DNA of 57,277 bases from positions 1 through 57,277 of the IMG/VR virus record IMGVR_UViG_3300009169_002640. One strand, written 5' to 3'. Below the pieces are notes generated by a model that was not told where the DNA came from, made no database searches, and saw only the letters and a list, made by a program, of their open reading frames with translations. The DNA comes from a virus. Lineage: Duplodnaviria > Caudoviricetes. Below are positions 54,907 through 57,277 of the stretch, piece by piece. The position numbers and the translations under genes were made by a program. The stretch's first letter is position 1; every line of letters begins with the position of its first letter.

Positions 54907-55922
54907 TGGTCACCGCCCCTCTGCCGAAGCAACTCCGCCGCGTTGTCGCACCAGGCGACGATGGTGGAGACTTCCGCATTCGACTTGACGGGGCCGACCT
55001 TCTCCTTCAGGTCCTTGGGTAGCTTGTTCCAGACCTCAGCCACCCGCCTCATTGCATCTTCGCGCGTGTAGGGAGCGGCGGGCTCGGCAGGGGTGTCGGG
55101 GGTATCATCCCAGGGGCCGGGGGCCTCGGGCTGCGTCTCCGCCTCCTCGAATTCCTCCCCCTCCGCCTCAGTCGCCAGGTCATACTCCGGCGCAGGCAGG
55201 GTCGCCGCGGAGGGGAACTCGGGGCCGAAGATCTGAGACGCGGAGGCTAGTCCGCGCTGTCGCGTCTGCTCAGGCGTCAGGTCCGGCTCGACCCGCACGC
55301 AGAGAAAGCCCTTCGCGAGTTCTTCGGGGTTGTACGCTGCCTTCACCCCCACCTCGCGAATCACGCGGAGCTTCGCTTTTGTTTCGGCGAGGGCGAGGCG
55401 ATCGCGATACCGTTTGTCGAATTCGGCCTGCACCTTGTCGGGGTCGCTGACGGTCCGCTCGACCTCTTTCCACTCCTCGTCGCATAGCCAGTACTTGGTG
55501 GCTGAGTGCGTCTGCCACTGGCCCGCCGGGTCGAGCCACGCGCCGACGGCCCGAAAGCCGACGTTGTGGGGGCAGAAGGGCTTGCGTCCGGCGGCCTCGG
55601 CCTTCTCGACGCAGGCGCTGCATGGAGGCGCGTCATCCACGCGGCGGGAGTGGGTATCGCTCCACACGACGCCCCTCGCCTCCGCGAGCTTCATTAATCC
55701 GATCTTCGTGAGGGCGAGCTTGCTGTCGCGCTTGTACACGTCGCCGTCATTGGGATCCGCGGAGACCTGCACGATGATCGGCCGGAGTCGCATCCCCTCG
55801 CCCGCATAGACCATCGCGCGAGGGCCGAGGACGTTGATTCGGGCGGCAACCGGGGCCAGGTCCAGCGACTGCACGGCCTGGCCGACCGGCACGAGAGCGG
55901 TGATGTTAGGTTGCTGGCTCAT
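54903..55922 (-). CDS. putative recombination / single-strand annealing-type protein
   Basis: Lies upstream of sbcD/sbcC; LTKIGL.KLA...G and AETKA..R.IR motifs; acidic tail. Confidence 0.5.
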   Translation of the reverse strand: MSQQPNITALVPVGQAVQSLDLAPVAARINVLGPRAMVYAGEGMRLRPIIVQVSADPNDGDVYKRDSKLALTKIGLMKLAEARGVVWSDTHSRRVDDAPPCSACVEKAEAAGRKPFCPHNVGFRAVGAWLDPAGQWQTHSATKYWLCDEEWKEVERTVSDPDKVQAEFDKRYRDRLALAETKAKLRVIREVGVKAAYNPEELAKGFLCVRVEPDLTPEQTRQRGLASASQIFGPEFPSAATLPAPEYDLATEAEGEEFEEAETQPEAPGPWDDTPDTPAEPAAPYTREDAMRRVAEVWNKLPKDLKEKVGPVKSNAEVSTIVAWCDNAAELLRQRGGDQ

Positions 55923-56241
55923 CTCTCCACCCCCTTGACAGCCGCCTCGCCCACGTCTACACTTATGTGGGTGAAGCCTTCTGGTCGTTCGCGGCCCTCG
56001 GATGCCAGTCCGGGGGTCGCCTCGCGTCTGTTGCTCATCTCTCTCTACTCCTCTCGCTCATTTGGGTTGGGCAAGCGCATACGTCGCCTGCCAGCGTTCG
56101 ATTTTCGCGCGCCCGAGCTCGGCGTCGCTCCTCATTCCATCGCCCAGGACCTCACAGGCTAGCCAGAGCAGGACGATGCTCACCGCCCACTGAACCCAAG
56201 GCCGCAGGCGGCGGCGCGGGCGGTAGCTGATCTCGTGCCAC

Positions 56242-56925
56242 TTACCCATTAGACTGACCCTTGTTCCGCAGGAACTCCGCGACCTCAGAGTGCGTGATTT
56301 CGTCGCCGGAGAAGATGGCTCCGCACTCACGGCAACGCCTCGCCGCGGCGTCCAGATACGAGAGGCACTTTCCGCAGTGAAGTCCACAGTGGGGGATATC
56401 GCCTACCCTGATCGCAGCCCACGTCTCCTCCGGCTCCGGCTCCGGCTCCTCGGCCTCGATGCGGGCGAGGATGGCGTCGAGGGCTGTCAGCCATGTATCT
56501 AGAGCCTCATCAACCCTCGCAGGCCATGCCGCAGGGTATCCTTTGATGCTTTCGATGGAGCCTCGTAGCTTCCGTAGCTCCTCCAGCACCCCACCCGGCA
56601 GCGTCTCAGTCGGGGGCGAGGTGACGCGGGCGAGGATGGCGTCGAGGGTAAGGCGGATTCGGTCATAGGAATCAGTGTCGGCTTGCCGGGGAGTTCCCCA
56701 GTTCTTGATTCGGACTTGTATCTTCCGCAGTTCCTCCACCGCGCTCGCGGGCAGGGTGTCCTCGCCGTCCTGCACCGAGAAGAGGTGGCCAGTCCAGCCG
56801 GGGGAGATACCGAGGTTTTCCGCGAAGCAGGCCCCGAAATCGGCAGTGACCCCTGGTCCCTCGATACCGAGGTACTTGCCTCCAGGTTGCAGCGCTTCCA
56901 CGCTAGTAATCCGTAGACTCTTCAT
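56242..56925 (-). CDS. hypothetical protein with internal repeat and C-terminal Zn finger
   Basis: LDAILAR x2, EELRK x2; CGKC...CREC. Confidence 0.55.
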   Translation of the reverse strand: MKSLRITSVEALQPGGKYLGIEGPGVTADFGACFAENLGISPGWTGHLFSVQDGEDTLPASAVEELRKIQVRIKNWGTPRQADTDSYDRIRLTLDAILARVTSPPTETLPGGVLEELRKLRGSIESIKGYPAAWPARVDEALDTWLTALDAILARIEAEEPEPEPEETWAAIRVGDIPHCGLHCGKCLSYLDAAARRCRECGAIFSGDEITHSEVAEFLRNKGQSNG

Positions 56926-57277
56926 CCTCTCACCTCACTCCCCGACAGCCGCGCCGCCAGGTTGTCTCGCGCGGGGCCGCGTAGGAGCGCTGGGGCCGGT
57001 GATGACCCCTGGCCTCGAAGCCGGACACCATCCGACACGCGCGAATCTGATCTGCAAACGGGGGCCGGGGCCGGCCGTAGGGGTGCTGCCCCTGCTGGGG
57101 GTAGGAACAGCCGGCCGGCCCCGGTGAGAATTGCGCCCGCGAGTACTGCTCTGTTCGGTTCCCCTCGCCCGCGGGGGTCAAGAAGGTGCGACCGACGTGA
57201 TTAGTGCGGACGCGCCCGACCACTGAGCGACCGGGCGCGCCGATTCGCTGCGCGAGTTCACAGAGGTTGCCCGCCTC

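Noticed and set aside
56461-56648. Exact 23-bp direct repeat
   Set aside because: Explained by the in-frame protein repeat LDAILAR.
1-57277. tRNA/rRNA genes, integrase, transposase, reverse transcriptase/DGR
   Set aside because: I recognised no such motifs by eye; a tRNAscan or HMM run is needed to exclude them fully.

Overview
This window looks like a complete or nearly complete ~57 kb, GC-rich tailed phage genome in two divergently transcribed arms, separated by back-to-back sigma70-like promoters at ~734-853. The + arm (958-35844) starts with a ParB-like protein, a C5 DNA methyltransferase and the terminases. It continues with a T4-type portal, a single ORF fusing a T4-like prohead protease, scaffold and gp23-type major capsid, and a glycosyltransferase/methyltransferase/AlkP cluster set among the virion genes. 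It ends with siphovirus-like tail genes (including a GGGGGAA -1 frameshift chaperone), tape measure, tail fibre and lysis genes. The - arm (57277 to 36166, plus 683 to 1) carries SbcCD, an RNA ligase, a replication initiator, RusA, a second DNA methyltransferase, radical SAM and PAPS-reductase-family enzymes, and many small hypothetical genes. The most striking element is at 46846-48553 (-): a RAMP/Cas7-like gene and a partner gene flanked on both sides by non-coding arrays with 5-nt periodicity (conserved GGC/GGA/GGT triplets alternating with variable dinucleotides). This is a candidate compact, non-CRISPR RNA-guided system. I recognised no integrase, tRNA or classical CRISPR array. All product calls come from reading motifs by eye; no searches were run.
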